From an uncultured Bacteroidia bacterium (GTDB lineage Bacteria > Bacteroidota > Bacteroidia > Bacteroidales > CAJPTX01), in the NCBI GenBank assembly GCA_947252645.1, contig CAMXWF010000002.1, forward strand, positions 8,632-72,631: DNA of 64,000 nucleotides. The letters run 5' to 3'. How positions within the stretch are numbered: the first letter of the stretch is position 1; every line of letters starts with the position of its first letter. Under the pieces are notes generated by a model that had not been told where the DNA came from, did not search any database, and saw nothing but the letters and a program-made list of their open reading frames with translations. A program made the translations under genes and the position numbers. Below, one piece after another: positions 1 through 8,467 of the stretch.

Positions 1-471
1 TTGCGCCTGTGCATGCCATGGTGAGGGCGACGATGGGCAAAGTATCCTCTTTGGTGCTTTGAGCCTACGTTTTCCGTGGCGATGCGGGTCAAATCCTCAA
101 TTTGTTGAATTGCATTAGGGTAACGGGGAGAGAATAGCTGTTTTTTGGTATCTACGGCCGATAGGGCTTCCTGGTGTACACGAGGTATACCCGCGTGCCC
201 AGCACGGTGGGGCGGGCGAAGTAGATCGCGGGCCGAGTAGTGTTTCCAGTTGCGGTCGACCAACGTGGGCTTGTTGTCCGTGGTCATTGCGGCCCGTAGT
301 GCTTGTGGGGCGTGAGCGCGTAGAACGCTTATCCACCCAGATTTTCTCGCGTGGGGGCGGTGGCGGCGTACCCTGCGCGTTACCCTTAGTTTGGCGTGGT
401 GCCAGCCTCCCTGGAGCACACTGGCGAGCAGTCGGATAATTTAAATCCATTATAAGTAAGTGTATTCTTAA

Positions 472-479
472 TACCTTTG
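472..479 (+). promoter_or_regulatory. Candidate Bacteroidota -7 promoter box (TAccTTTG) for the first LRR gene
   Basis: The sequence tacctttg matches the TAnnTTTG -7 consensus of the Bacteroidota housekeeping sigma factor. It lies 47 nt upstream of the ATG at 526 in an AT-rich stretch. Confidence 0.3.
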
Positions 480-525
480 CGGGGAAATGACGGAGTAAAC
501 GAACACTAAAACAGGCATTCAAGCC

Positions 526-2736
526 ATGAGAACGCATGTACTAACCACGGCAGGAGTGCTACTTGCGCTGCTGCTCTCCACCAACGACATTGTGCTGGGG
601 CAAGCCAAGCCCAGTAGCGGAGTTGCTGTGGTAGATGGCATAACGTGGGCGTGGAAAAAGGACTTTGACATCAGCAATGCGTGTTCTATCATGCCTCAGC
701 AGGTAGACTCGGTGATACAATCGCCCATCCCTGCGCAGCTGACGATTCCCTCGCGGGTGAATGGGATGGATGTAGTTGGGCTATTGCCCGATGCGTTCCG
801 CCGCTGTGAAACGCTTGAGGAGGTGACACTGCCCCCGAATTGCGTAGAGGTGGGGTCGACAGCATTCAAGCAATGCAAGAACTTAAGGCGCGTGGTGATT
901 CCTGATGGGAGTAGAGCATTAACGATTAGCACAGAGGTGTTTGCGCTGTGTCCATCGCTCAAGGAGATTCACCTCTCCGCGTGCGTGCAAACGATCTTGG
1001 ATGGAGCGTTCAAGTCCTCAGGCCTCGAAGCGATAACCATCCCTGGCAACGCTAGTCCCTGGCGGCGCGATACGTATGACCTGCCGTACGAGGCCTTTGT
1101 AAATTGCCCAAGTTTAAAAAGCGTAGACCTGCTCACGGGGATAAAATCAATCCATCAAAATGTGTTTGCCCGGGGGACAGAATTGGAGCGCATCACGATT
1201 CCCTCAAGCGTGAAGCAGATAGGCTTCAAGGAGCCCGCCACAGGCGAGTGGGGCACCATATATGGCGGTACCTTCGATGTCACTCCCAAACGCGTGGACT
1301 TCGTAGCCGATGCTGAGATTCCGATTCTTGATTCGGCTTTTGGGCATAGGGGCGATGTAGCCACGCTCTATGTTCGCAAGGGGGAAAAGAGCAAGGTAGA
1401 AGGCAAGGCGTGGGCAAAGGCGTTCAGCAATATAGTTGAAGGCCATTTGGTGACCTTCAAGGATGGTGGTGAGGTATTTGCCGAGCAGCTCTTGAGCCCC
1501 GAGGGCAATGAGTCGGCACGCCGACCGGGCATCACCCCCTGGAAGGAGGGGAAGTACTTCAAGGGGTGGTTTGCCCACGGTGAGGCCTACGATTTCAGTA
1601 GGCCCGTGGGCAACGATCTTACGCTGGAGGCGGGTTGGGGCAATCGCGTGACGTTTGATGCTAATGGCGGCGAGTTCAAGGGGGAAAGCACACGGGTGCT
1701 AGACGATGGCGAGAAGATTACTAAGCCGGACGACCCTACGAAGGCTGGTTGTGTATTCCAGGGGTGGTACGAATCGGAGGAGGCCACGGATCCATACGAC
1801 TTCGATAAGCCAGTGAGTGGCAATGTCGGCCTGGTGGCGGTGTGGGATAAATACACCGTTACCTTCGATCCGAACGGTGGGACGCTTGCGGGCCCCGGCT
1901 CGGCCGAGGTGGCGCGAGGCGGGCACGCAGAGGCGCCGGCCGCGCCCACCAAGGGTGAGTGCCAATTTCTCGGATGGGCAAAGGCCGGCGCAATTGACCT
2001 GTACCAGTTTGATGCCACGCCCGTCAACCGTGATATTACGCTTGTGGCGAGGTGGGATAAATACACCGTCACCTTTGACCCGAACGGGGGCGCCCCAGTG
2101 CCCGCGCAGCAGGCGGTGGGGGATGGTCAGATGGCGCAGCGCCCTGACGAACCGACTAAGGAGGGAGGCTACCGGGTCAAGTATTGGACAACGGAAGGGG
2201 CCAGTGGGCAGTCGATGTTCAATTTCATGACTCGTGTGACGACCGACTTAACGCTTACCGCGGTGTGGGTAAAGACCTTCGAGGTGCAATTTGACTGCGA
2301 TGGCGGAACGCCGGACCCAGGCACATCCATTGTAGACATCAACACGCCCGTCAAGGTGCCAGTGCCGCTGGTCAAATTGGGGTTCAACTTCAAGGGGTGG
2401 GCCCTCGATGGGAAGGACTACGATTTTAGCCGGCCTATAACACAAAACATCACGCTGAGGGCGATATGGGAGAAGCCCGACGCCGTGGAGAGCCAGCTGC
2501 TGGCAAAGACCACGGTGGTGCGCAACCCTGTGGGGGACGTGCTGGAGATTCAACACGTGGCGGCGGCCGAACGGCTGGAGGTGTATAGCCTTTTGGGCGT
2601 GCCGGTGCATCGGCAGGCACTGCACGGTGAGGATTACGTAGCGGTGGCGACTAACGGATGGCCCGATGGCGTTTACCTTGTGCGGGTTGTGGCGCGTGAT
2701 GGCCAGCGGATTCTGAAAATAGTTGTACGCAGGTAA
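526..2736 (+). CDS. Secreted BspA-type leucine-rich-repeat protein with Listeria-Bacteroides repeats and a T9SS C-terminal sorting domain
   Basis: 736-aa ORF with a signal peptide (MRTHVLTTAGVLLALLLS). LRR units are visible (CETLEEVTLPPN, CKNLRRVVIPDG, CPSLKEIHLSAC, CPSLKSVDLLTG). It has several ~70-aa modules of the form VTFDxNGG...GW, including WDKYTVTFDPNGG twice. The C-terminus VYSLLGVPV...GVYLVRVVARDGQRILKIVVRR is typical of Por/T9SS sorting domains. Confidence 0.9.
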   Translation: MRTHVLTTAGVLLALLLSTNDIVLGQAKPSSGVAVVDGITWAWKKDFDISNACSIMPQQVDSVIQSPIPAQLTIPSRVNGMDVVGLLPDAFRRCETLEEVTLPPNCVEVGSTAFKQCKNLRRVVIPDGSRALTISTEVFALCPSLKEIHLSACVQTILDGAFKSSGLEAITIPGNASPWRRDTYDLPYEAFVNCPSLKSVDLLTGIKSIHQNVFARGTELERITIPSSVKQIGFKEPATGEWGTIYGGTFDVTPKRVDFVADAEIPILDSAFGHRGDVATLYVRKGEKSKVEGKAWAKAFSNIVEGHLVTFKDGGEVFAEQLLSPEGNESARRPGITPWKEGKYFKGWFAHGEAYDFSRPVGNDLTLEAGWGNRVTFDANGGEFKGESTRVLDDGEKITKPDDPTKAGCVFQGWYESEEATDPYDFDKPVSGNVGLVAVWDKYTVTFDPNGGTLAGPGSAEVARGGHAEAPAAPTKGECQFLGWAKAGAIDLYQFDATPVNRDITLVARWDKYTVTFDPNGGAPVPAQQAVGDGQMAQRPDEPTKEGGYRVKYWTTEGASGQSMFNFMTRVTTDLTLTAVWVKTFEVQFDCDGGTPDPGTSIVDINTPVKVPVPLVKLGFNFKGWALDGKDYDFSRPITQNITLRAIWEKPDAVESQLLAKTTVVRNPVGDVLEIQHVAAAERLEVYSLLGVPVHRQALHGEDYVAVATNGWPDGVYLVRVVARDGQRILKIVVRR

Positions 2737-3001
2737 CCGATGCTAGGGCGAAGACTTGTATTGGGCGTATAGGGGACCAGTAGCTAGAGAGCCTGGCGCA
2801 AAGCATAGCTGCCTAGCTTTCTCCAGCTGCCCCCACGCCCCTGGAGCCAATCTACAGGCGTCCTTTTGGCCTCATTCTTTCCGAGGGCCTTTGTTGAACG
2901 ATGAGCTGCCGAGCTGCATTTGGTGGCGAGTGGGGTCTTGTATTTGCTTTCCAGTTGTTTTTGCTGAAAATTAAACACAAACACGAACATTTAATGGAGC
3001 A

Positions 3002-5365
3002 ATGACCATGAAAATTCATGTGGTTACCGCGGCCGTATTGCTGCTTGCGCTGCTGTGCGGTGCAGGTGAAAAGGTGTCGGGGCAGCATAGCTGGATGCCC
3101 CTTAATGCCCCTGTTGTGGAGATAGATGGGATTAGATGGGCAGTCCAGGAGCTCCCGGACAAGGGGACGTGCTGGATCTGGCCGGAAGTGCAAAAAGATC
3201 CCAATAGCCCTACTGGGAATGGTCTCGTCCGAAAGGCAAAGATGCCTAAGCACGTAATCATACCCTCAGAGGTTGAGGTAGAGCTGCCCAAAGAGGGCAA
3301 GGTGAAACTGCGCGTCCTAACTACCTTCTGGTCGGCGTTTGAGGGTTGCGATGAGCTGGAGGAGGTGACTATCCCAGAGAGTTTTACCGAGATAAGTGGC
3401 CACTCCTTTAAAAAGTGTAAGAATCTAAGGAAGGTCCACATAGGGCGGTTGCAAAAAATCAGAATCGGAGAAAATGCTTTCAGAGGGTGTACAAGCCTTG
3501 CATCAATAGATCTGCCCTTTGGGACCTTGTCAATCAAATCTGGAGCTTTTGATGGATCGGGCCTCACATCTATAGCAATTCCAGGTACAGTAGATACGAT
3601 ATACACATTTGCTTTTGAAAACTGTACCGCACTGAAAGAGGTCTATCTAATGCACGGAGTGAGAAACATACAACAGGGTGCATTTTCCACTTACGGCAAC
3701 CTGGATGCGATCACCATACCATCCAGCGTGAAGACGATTGGCAGTGAAGATTTTATAAATGGTGGGAGGGCAGGCTCTGTTGTTGGCGAAAGTGGAATCA
3801 AAGCAGTGTACCTCCTTGCCGATATGGATAATGTGGAGCATTCTGTTCGCCCATTTAGCGATGTGTCCACAGGTTTCGAGCTGTATGTGCATGAGGGGGT
3901 AAAAGACAAGATAAAGAGCGCGGATTGGGCTGCAGGGTTGGATATCAAAGAGTGCTATAAGGTGACTTTCAAGGATGGCGATGAGGTTTTTTACGAGCAG
4001 CTGGTGCCTGTTGATGCCCCTGAGAAGAAGGCCAAGACGCCCCCGTGCACCCCAGCGAACAAGGAGCGTAAGTTCGTCAACTGGGTCTTTGAAGGGCAAG
4101 AGTACCAATTCTCTGCTAAGGTGACGAAAGACATCACGCTGCAGGCGAAGTATGAGGGCAAATCGAGAGTGACATTCGATGCCAACGGCGGGACGCTCGG
4201 AGGGAAAACCGCGTGGGAGACCGAAACAGAAGATAAGGTGGAGAACCCAGGGACGCCGGAGCATCCAGATAAGCGAGCGTTTAAGTATTGGGTGGAAAAA
4301 GGGTCGAGCACTGCGTTTGATTTTACCAAAACGGTGGCGCGCGATATTGCGCTGCAGGCGTTGTGGGCGACGTATAAGGTGACGCTGAATCCCAATGGCG
4401 GTGTGCTGGCCGATGGGGTGGATAGGGAGCAGGTTCTAGCTTTTAACCTGCCGACCAGTAAGCCAGCGGACCCCACGAAGAAGGTGCCCGCTAGAAAGGC
4501 GGTCGAGGAGCAGACTGCGCCTGGCGCGACAGAGGATGCACAGTTTTTAGGTTGGGCGAAGATGTCGGCATCTGGGATCTATGAATTTGGCAAGGTGGAG
4601 ACCAGTGACGTTACGTTGACGGCGCAATGGGACAAATACATCCTGACGTTTGATGCCGATGGCGGTTCGTTTGCCTGCCCCTCTATGCAAGTAGCGGCCG
4701 GCGAAGCACCAGATATCCTGAAGGCAGATCCGCCTACAAAGGAGGGATACCGGTTCGTACAATGGACGTACAATGGCGAGCCATTTGTTTTCTCTGCCCA
4801 TCCAATGCACAGTGATATTACGGTTAAAGCAGAGTACCGGATAGTGCCCAGGATCGCCAAGATTGAGGTTGTGGGCAAGGGAGTACTGGAAGAGATGGTC
4901 AAGGTGGTTGAAAAATCGGTTGAGGAGGGTAAACCGGTAACCATTACGGTGGACGACAAGGTGAAGGATCGCCTGGCGAAGATAGAAGTTATCTACCGTG
5001 AGAACAATGAGGATAAGACGATAGAGGTAGACCCCAAAGCTGACCCTCTTACGTTTTTGATGCCTGCTGCGGTGGTGACCCTGAGGGTGTCGTTTTCTGA
5101 CGCAGTGAGCCCTGTAGAGAGCCGACTGCTGGCGAAGTCGTCGGTTGTGGCGAATCCGGTTAGCCAAGTGCTCGTGCTTCAAAATGTAGCGGAGGCCGAG
5201 CGCATAGAGGTTTATAGCCTTCTAGGCGTGCTACAGCATGCGCAGGCGGTACGGGGTGCCGACCAAGTGGCAGTGGATGTACGCGACTGGGCAAACGGGG
5301 TGTATCTTGTACGGCTTGTGGCGCGCGATGGGGATAGGTCGCTGCGGGTGGTAGTGAGTCGATAG
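3002..5365 (+). CDS. Paralogous BspA-type LRR / Listeria-Bacteroides-repeat protein with a T9SS C-terminal domain
   Basis: 787-aa ORF with a signal peptide ([20 protein letters not shown]). LRR units are visible (CDELEEVTIPES, CKNLRKVHIGRL, CTSLASIDLPFG, CTALKEVYLMHG). It has VTFDANGG, VTLNPNGG and LTFDADGG repeat modules. The C-terminus VYSLLGVLQ...GVYLVRLVARDGDRSLRVVVSR aligns with the tail of the upstream gene. Confidence 0.9.
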   Translation: MTMKIHVVTAAVLLLALLCGAGEKVSGQHSWMPLNAPVVEIDGIRWAVQELPDKGTCWIWPEVQKDPNSPTGNGLVRKAKMPKHVIIPSEVEVELPKEGKVKLRVLTTFWSAFEGCDELEEVTIPESFTEISGHSFKKCKNLRKVHIGRLQKIRIGENAFRGCTSLASIDLPFGTLSIKSGAFDGSGLTSIAIPGTVDTIYTFAFENCTALKEVYLMHGVRNIQQGAFSTYGNLDAITIPSSVKTIGSEDFINGGRAGSVVGESGIKAVYLLADMDNVEHSVRPFSDVSTGFELYVHEGVKDKIKSADWAAGLDIKECYKVTFKDGDEVFYEQLVPVDAPEKKAKTPPCTPANKERKFVNWVFEGQEYQFSAKVTKDITLQAKYEGKSRVTFDANGGTLGGKTAWETETEDKVENPGTPEHPDKRAFKYWVEKGSSTAFDFTKTVARDIALQALWATYKVTLNPNGGVLADGVDREQVLAFNLPTSKPADPTKKVPARKAVEEQTAPGATEDAQFLGWAKMSASGIYEFGKVETSDVTLTAQWDKYILTFDADGGSFACPSMQVAAGEAPDILKADPPTKEGYRFVQWTYNGEPFVFSAHPMHSDITVKAEYRIVPRIAKIEVVGKGVLEEMVKVVEKSVEEGKPVTITVDDKVKDRLAKIEVIYRENNEDKTIEVDPKADPLTFLMPAAVVTLRVSFSDAVSPVESRLLAKSSVVANPVSQVLVLQNVAEAERIEVYSLLGVLQHAQAVRGADQVAVDVRDWANGVYLVRLVARDGDRSLRVVVSR

Positions 5366-5398
5366 ATAGTTTTTGCCCCAGCGCCATTAGGGGAATCG

Positions 5399-5428
5399 GG
5401 GAGGCCTTGTCTGGGCCTCCCTATTTTT
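5399..5428 (+). terminator. Rho-independent terminator of the LRR gene pair
   Basis: The 8-bp stem gggaggcc / ggcctccc is followed by tattttta, 34 nt after the stop at 5365. Confidence 0.7.
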
Positions 5429-5503
5429 ATGGTGCAAGAAGAGAGTGCTGCTGAAAGGTGAATTGCGGCGTAGCACTCGCGATGGGAATCCGTCCATCTA
5501 CAT

Positions 5504-5514
5504 CCCCCCCCCCC
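5504..5514. repeat. Homopolymeric C(11) tract in non-coding DNA
   Basis: Eleven consecutive C residues counted directly in catCCCCCCCCCCCttcgcc. The tract lies between two convergent gene ends. Confidence 0.9.
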
Positions 5515-5936
5515 TTCGCCCGCGTGCTCAGGCCGTGCATTCCATCGCTGGTATTAGGCCCTGTGGTTGGAGGAAGATCGTTGAGAATCCAGACCATTGC
5601 CCGCTGGGCTGAAACGTAGGGTGCCCTGTAGGGTGCAACTAGCGAGGGATAGAGCGGGTGACCATCAGGTAGGCAAAAGGACTTCACAGGCGTTGCTCGC
5701 GTTGGGATCCACAGTTTGAGGCATTGTAGGCAGGTGAATGGCATTGGGGGGCGTTTACCCCGGTAGGCGGTGTGTAGCCGTGCGCAGCGCATCATGGGTG
5801 TGTGGCCAATGGCCCGTGGCCCTGTGGCTTTGCGTTCCCCAGTGATTTTACCTCTAGGCCTCAAACCCTACGCATTGTTGCGGCTGGTCGATATGTGGAG
5901 AGCTGTTTATGCAGTGAGCATCGTTATGGGAGCAAA

Positions 5937-5972
5937 ATAGGGGGCGTGCAGAGTGTACTGCACGCCCCCTAT
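5937..5972. terminator. Bidirectional hairpin terminator; ends the minus-strand TonB-receptor operon
   Basis: Perfect 15-bp inverted repeat atagggggcgtgcag / ctgcacgccccctat with a 6-nt loop. It is flanked by aaaa on the left and ttta on the right, 56 nt downstream of the stop at 6028. Confidence 0.8.
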
Positions 5973-6027
5973 TTTAACCTAGGATCTACTAAGGCCAGAC
6001 GATAGGAAGGTTACGTCCCGCTTCCCC

Positions 6028-7104
6028 CTATTTCTGCTTGGTCAAAGAAGCAGGTTTAATCTGGAAGTCAAGCGAGGAATTGTTGTTATCTACATAGTTT
6101 CTACCATCATGCCTACGGATAACAGCTTTTCCTGCATATTCCTTAGCGTTTTCTCTCTCATATTTTTTGACGCCAGTGCATTTTGCATCTAACGTTTTTG
6201 GCATATACAACCTTACAAATTCCTGGGTGGGGCATAGATTGACGGCATCTACTATCAACTCATACGGGACAGCCAGGCAGAAAAAGAATCTTGGGTGATT
6301 GTGCTGCTTATTTTTGGCGGCACTATACATGATTTCCTCTTTGAATTCCCACTTTTTCAATTTTGTTTCATCAAAATTCGCCAAGGCGAGCATAGATTCA
6401 GCAAAGGGGAAGGACTCTAAGATCTTTGGATAAAGAGCAAATACATCGTCGTCTTGTAAGAAGACGCACGTTAATGAGGGGACTGGAGTTTTTGGTTTTT
6501 CTTCTATGTATGCACTGGAGATTTGTTGCTCAGACCATATTTGGAAATTGGCCTGGGACAAGTCGTAGGAATTTTCAGCCCTTCCGAGTAGGCAGTACTC
6601 CTCATTGCCTATTTTTTTCGTGTGGTCGACTGCCACGAGCGCCACGGTGATGGAGGCTCCTGGCGCAATGGGGTAGTCCTTACCCGACCCTGGAAAGCGG
6701 TAGACAGCCGAAGCCGGGAAGTAGTTCTCGAGCGCCTTGATGTCTTCTTTTTCGAGTTTATAATGCAAACTGCTGGAGATGGCCGCTTGCATGAGGACCA
6801 TACCATCGATGTACTTTACCTCGAGAGAAGGATTGCAGATCTTGACGTAGTAGTCGTAGCCATAGCACTGCACTTTCTTGTCGCTATATATCACTGGGGC
6901 CCCTGCATAGGCGATCTCTTCAATCAGCAGATGGTCGACATTATGCTTTTTCTTTTCCTCTTCGACTGTGGCTGGGTTCTGATCCCATTTTTTCTCTTTG
7001 CCGCATCCTACAAGCGTAAGCGCAAGCAGAAAGACAAGAGCGAACTTACGCGATGTGAGTAAACTCTTGATTTTCATTTTCTTGAGTTGTTTATCGGTTG
7101 ACAA
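6028..7104 (-). CDS. Uncharacterised lipoprotein, last gene of the TonB-receptor operon, with a possible LTD-like beta-sandwich at the N-terminus
   Basis: 358-aa ORF with a lipobox (LALTLVGC; alternative start MKIKSLL at 7077). The segment HLLIEEIAYAGAPV...YYVKICNPSLEVKYIDGMVL resembles lamin-tail-like modules. The gene is AT-rich (25/60 GC hand-counted at 6061-6120). Confidence 0.75.
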   Translation of the reverse strand: MSTDKQLKKMKIKSLLTSRKFALVFLLALTLVGCGKEKKWDQNPATVEEEKKKHNVDHLLIEEIAYAGAPVIYSDKKVQCYGYDYYVKICNPSLEVKYIDGMVLMQAAISSSLHYKLEKEDIKALENYFPASAVYRFPGSGKDYPIAPGASITVALVAVDHTKKIGNEEYCLLGRAENSYDLSQANFQIWSEQQISSAYIEEKPKTPVPSLTCVFLQDDDVFALYPKILESFPFAESMLALANFDETKLKKWEFKEEIMYSAAKNKQHNHPRFFFCLAVPYELIVDAVNLCPTQEFVRLYMPKTLDAKCTGVKKYERENAKEYAGKAVIRRHDGRNYVDNNNSSLDFQIKPASLTKQK

Positions 7105-7146
7105 TTAGACTGAATGCACGAATTCCACCGAGCATGTTGCGTAATC

Positions 7147-8436
7147 CTACAGGAACCACGCGCCAAACCCCGTTGAGGCGCCCTCATTGTGGGTTATGAG
7201 ATTTTGCACGGCATCGTAGGCCTCTTGGTGGGTAATCCCGATCTCTCGGCCAAGGTGGAAAAAGTACGGATCCCTTGAGTCGATATCGTTGAAGTTGCAT
7301 TCATCGGAATTCGTGTAGACCTTGATGGGGATATTCATGCGGAAGAGTTCATTAAAAGCTTGGTCTGGTTTATAGAACGGTGAACATGCTTTACGATGGC
7401 TTCCGTCTTCGCGTGCAGTAAAGGGGACTACCTGTTTTTTCCCGTCAGGGCATTTCATCACGCGGATAGCTAGGAAGAACTGCGGCAACAGGCCTGTACC
7501 CTTGCTGTAGGTATACCCATATTCGTTTAGCGGCCAGCTGCCATTGGGGTCGATGGCCTCTTCTTGGTAATCGAAGCGGATATGACCTTTTAGCCCGACG
7601 CAATCGGTGTCCTCGGCCTGCGCCCGCTGGTAGTCATACTTGGTAAAGGGAGGGAAAAGCCGGATGTTGAACAGCTCTTGGACTCCATCGGCCATATCGT
7701 CGTCGAGCCAGGTGTCGCGGTATACGTAGGTGCACATAGCTGGGGTTGCCTCGCTGCGCTGCTCGAAAGAAGGCTTGTCCGAGAAATATTTTGATGGGAT
7801 GGGCTTCTCCTCCTCCATGGGCTTTTCGCCCCGATACCGCACATCCATCACCTCGTAGGGTTGACCTGCCGTGTCGAGATCGGAAATGGAGAAAAAGATT
7901 TGGTATTCCGAGGAGTGTTCCAAGATTTTATCGTTAATCCTCTCCCCATTTTTGTCGAAGAAGTACAGGCAAACGCCCCATAGCTTTGGGCGTCCACCAA
8001 TTATCCGTATATAGTCTGGCCCCTCTTTCTTCTTCGATGCTTCCAGCGCGGTGACGGTACTCTTCTTGTCGACCTTTACCTTTATGCCTGCGCTTGTGTT
8101 GTGAATCACGACGAACTCCTCCTGCTTCCAGGGCGCATTGGGGTAGACGAAATTGCCATGCAGCTTGTCCCCTCCGTGCGGGTGGCCTTCCTTAAACATG
8201 ATAAGGCATGTGGCCCAATCGTTGAAGGCACCCCCTTGGTCGGGGTTTGGGATGGACTCCGTTACTTTTGGGGCTTCAAATAGGTCGGCCGTTGTTTGGG
8301 GCATTTTTTTCTGTAGCCGCGGGTTCTCCTCATCCGGCACAGACATGTCGAAGAATAAGAACTTCTTGCACCCCCCCATGGTCATTATGGTTGCCAGAGC
8401 CAGGCACACCAGCACCAAACGCCTCACCTCTTTCAT
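7147..8436 (-). CDS. Uncharacterised lipoprotein with a His-rich motif
   Basis: I place the start at MKEVRRLVLVCLALATIMTMGGCKK (ATG at 8436) rather than the longer ORF start at 8508, which would overlap the upstream gene. It has a lipobox (MTMGGC) and the motif GHPHGGDKLHGN. It shares motifs with the 8468-9724 product. Confidence 0.75.
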   Translation of the reverse strand: MKEVRRLVLVCLALATIMTMGGCKKFLFFDMSVPDEENPRLQKKMPQTTADLFEAPKVTESIPNPDQGGAFNDWATCLIMFKEGHPHGGDKLHGNFVYPNAPWKQEEFVVIHNTSAGIKVKVDKKSTVTALEASKKKEGPDYIRIIGGRPKLWGVCLYFFDKNGERINDKILEHSSEYQIFFSISDLDTAGQPYEVMDVRYRGEKPMEEEKPIPSKYFSDKPSFEQRSEATPAMCTYVYRDTWLDDDMADGVQELFNIRLFPPFTKYDYQRAQAEDTDCVGLKGHIRFDYQEEAIDPNGSWPLNEYGYTYSKGTGLLPQFFLAIRVMKCPDGKKQVVPFTAREDGSHRKACSPFYKPDQAFNELFRMNIPIKVYTNSDECNFNDIDSRDPYFFHLGREIGITHQEAYDAVQNLITHNEGASTGFGAWFL

Positions 8437-8467
8437 ATCTTCTTCTCCTATGTAGCTATGGCCAACG

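Noticed and set aside
1-537. 140-aa minus ORF (115-537), and a minus-strand frame open from ATG 287 to the window edge (MTTDNKPTLVDRNWKHYSARDLL...)
   Set aside because: The 140-aa ORF runs through the AT-rich promoter region of the LRR gene and has a Pro/Arg-rich sequence. The edge-open frame of about 95 codons has no recognisable motif, and an open frame of that length is unremarkable in GC-rich DNA. A real gene crossing the left edge cannot be excluded but is not supportable from this window.
5427-5864. 145-aa minus-strand ORF spanning the poly-C tract, as a possible phase-variable gene
   Set aside because: Its translation is very basic and Pro/Arg/Gly-rich, with no signal, TM or domain-like pattern and no credible promoter context. 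I report the tract as a non-coding observation instead.
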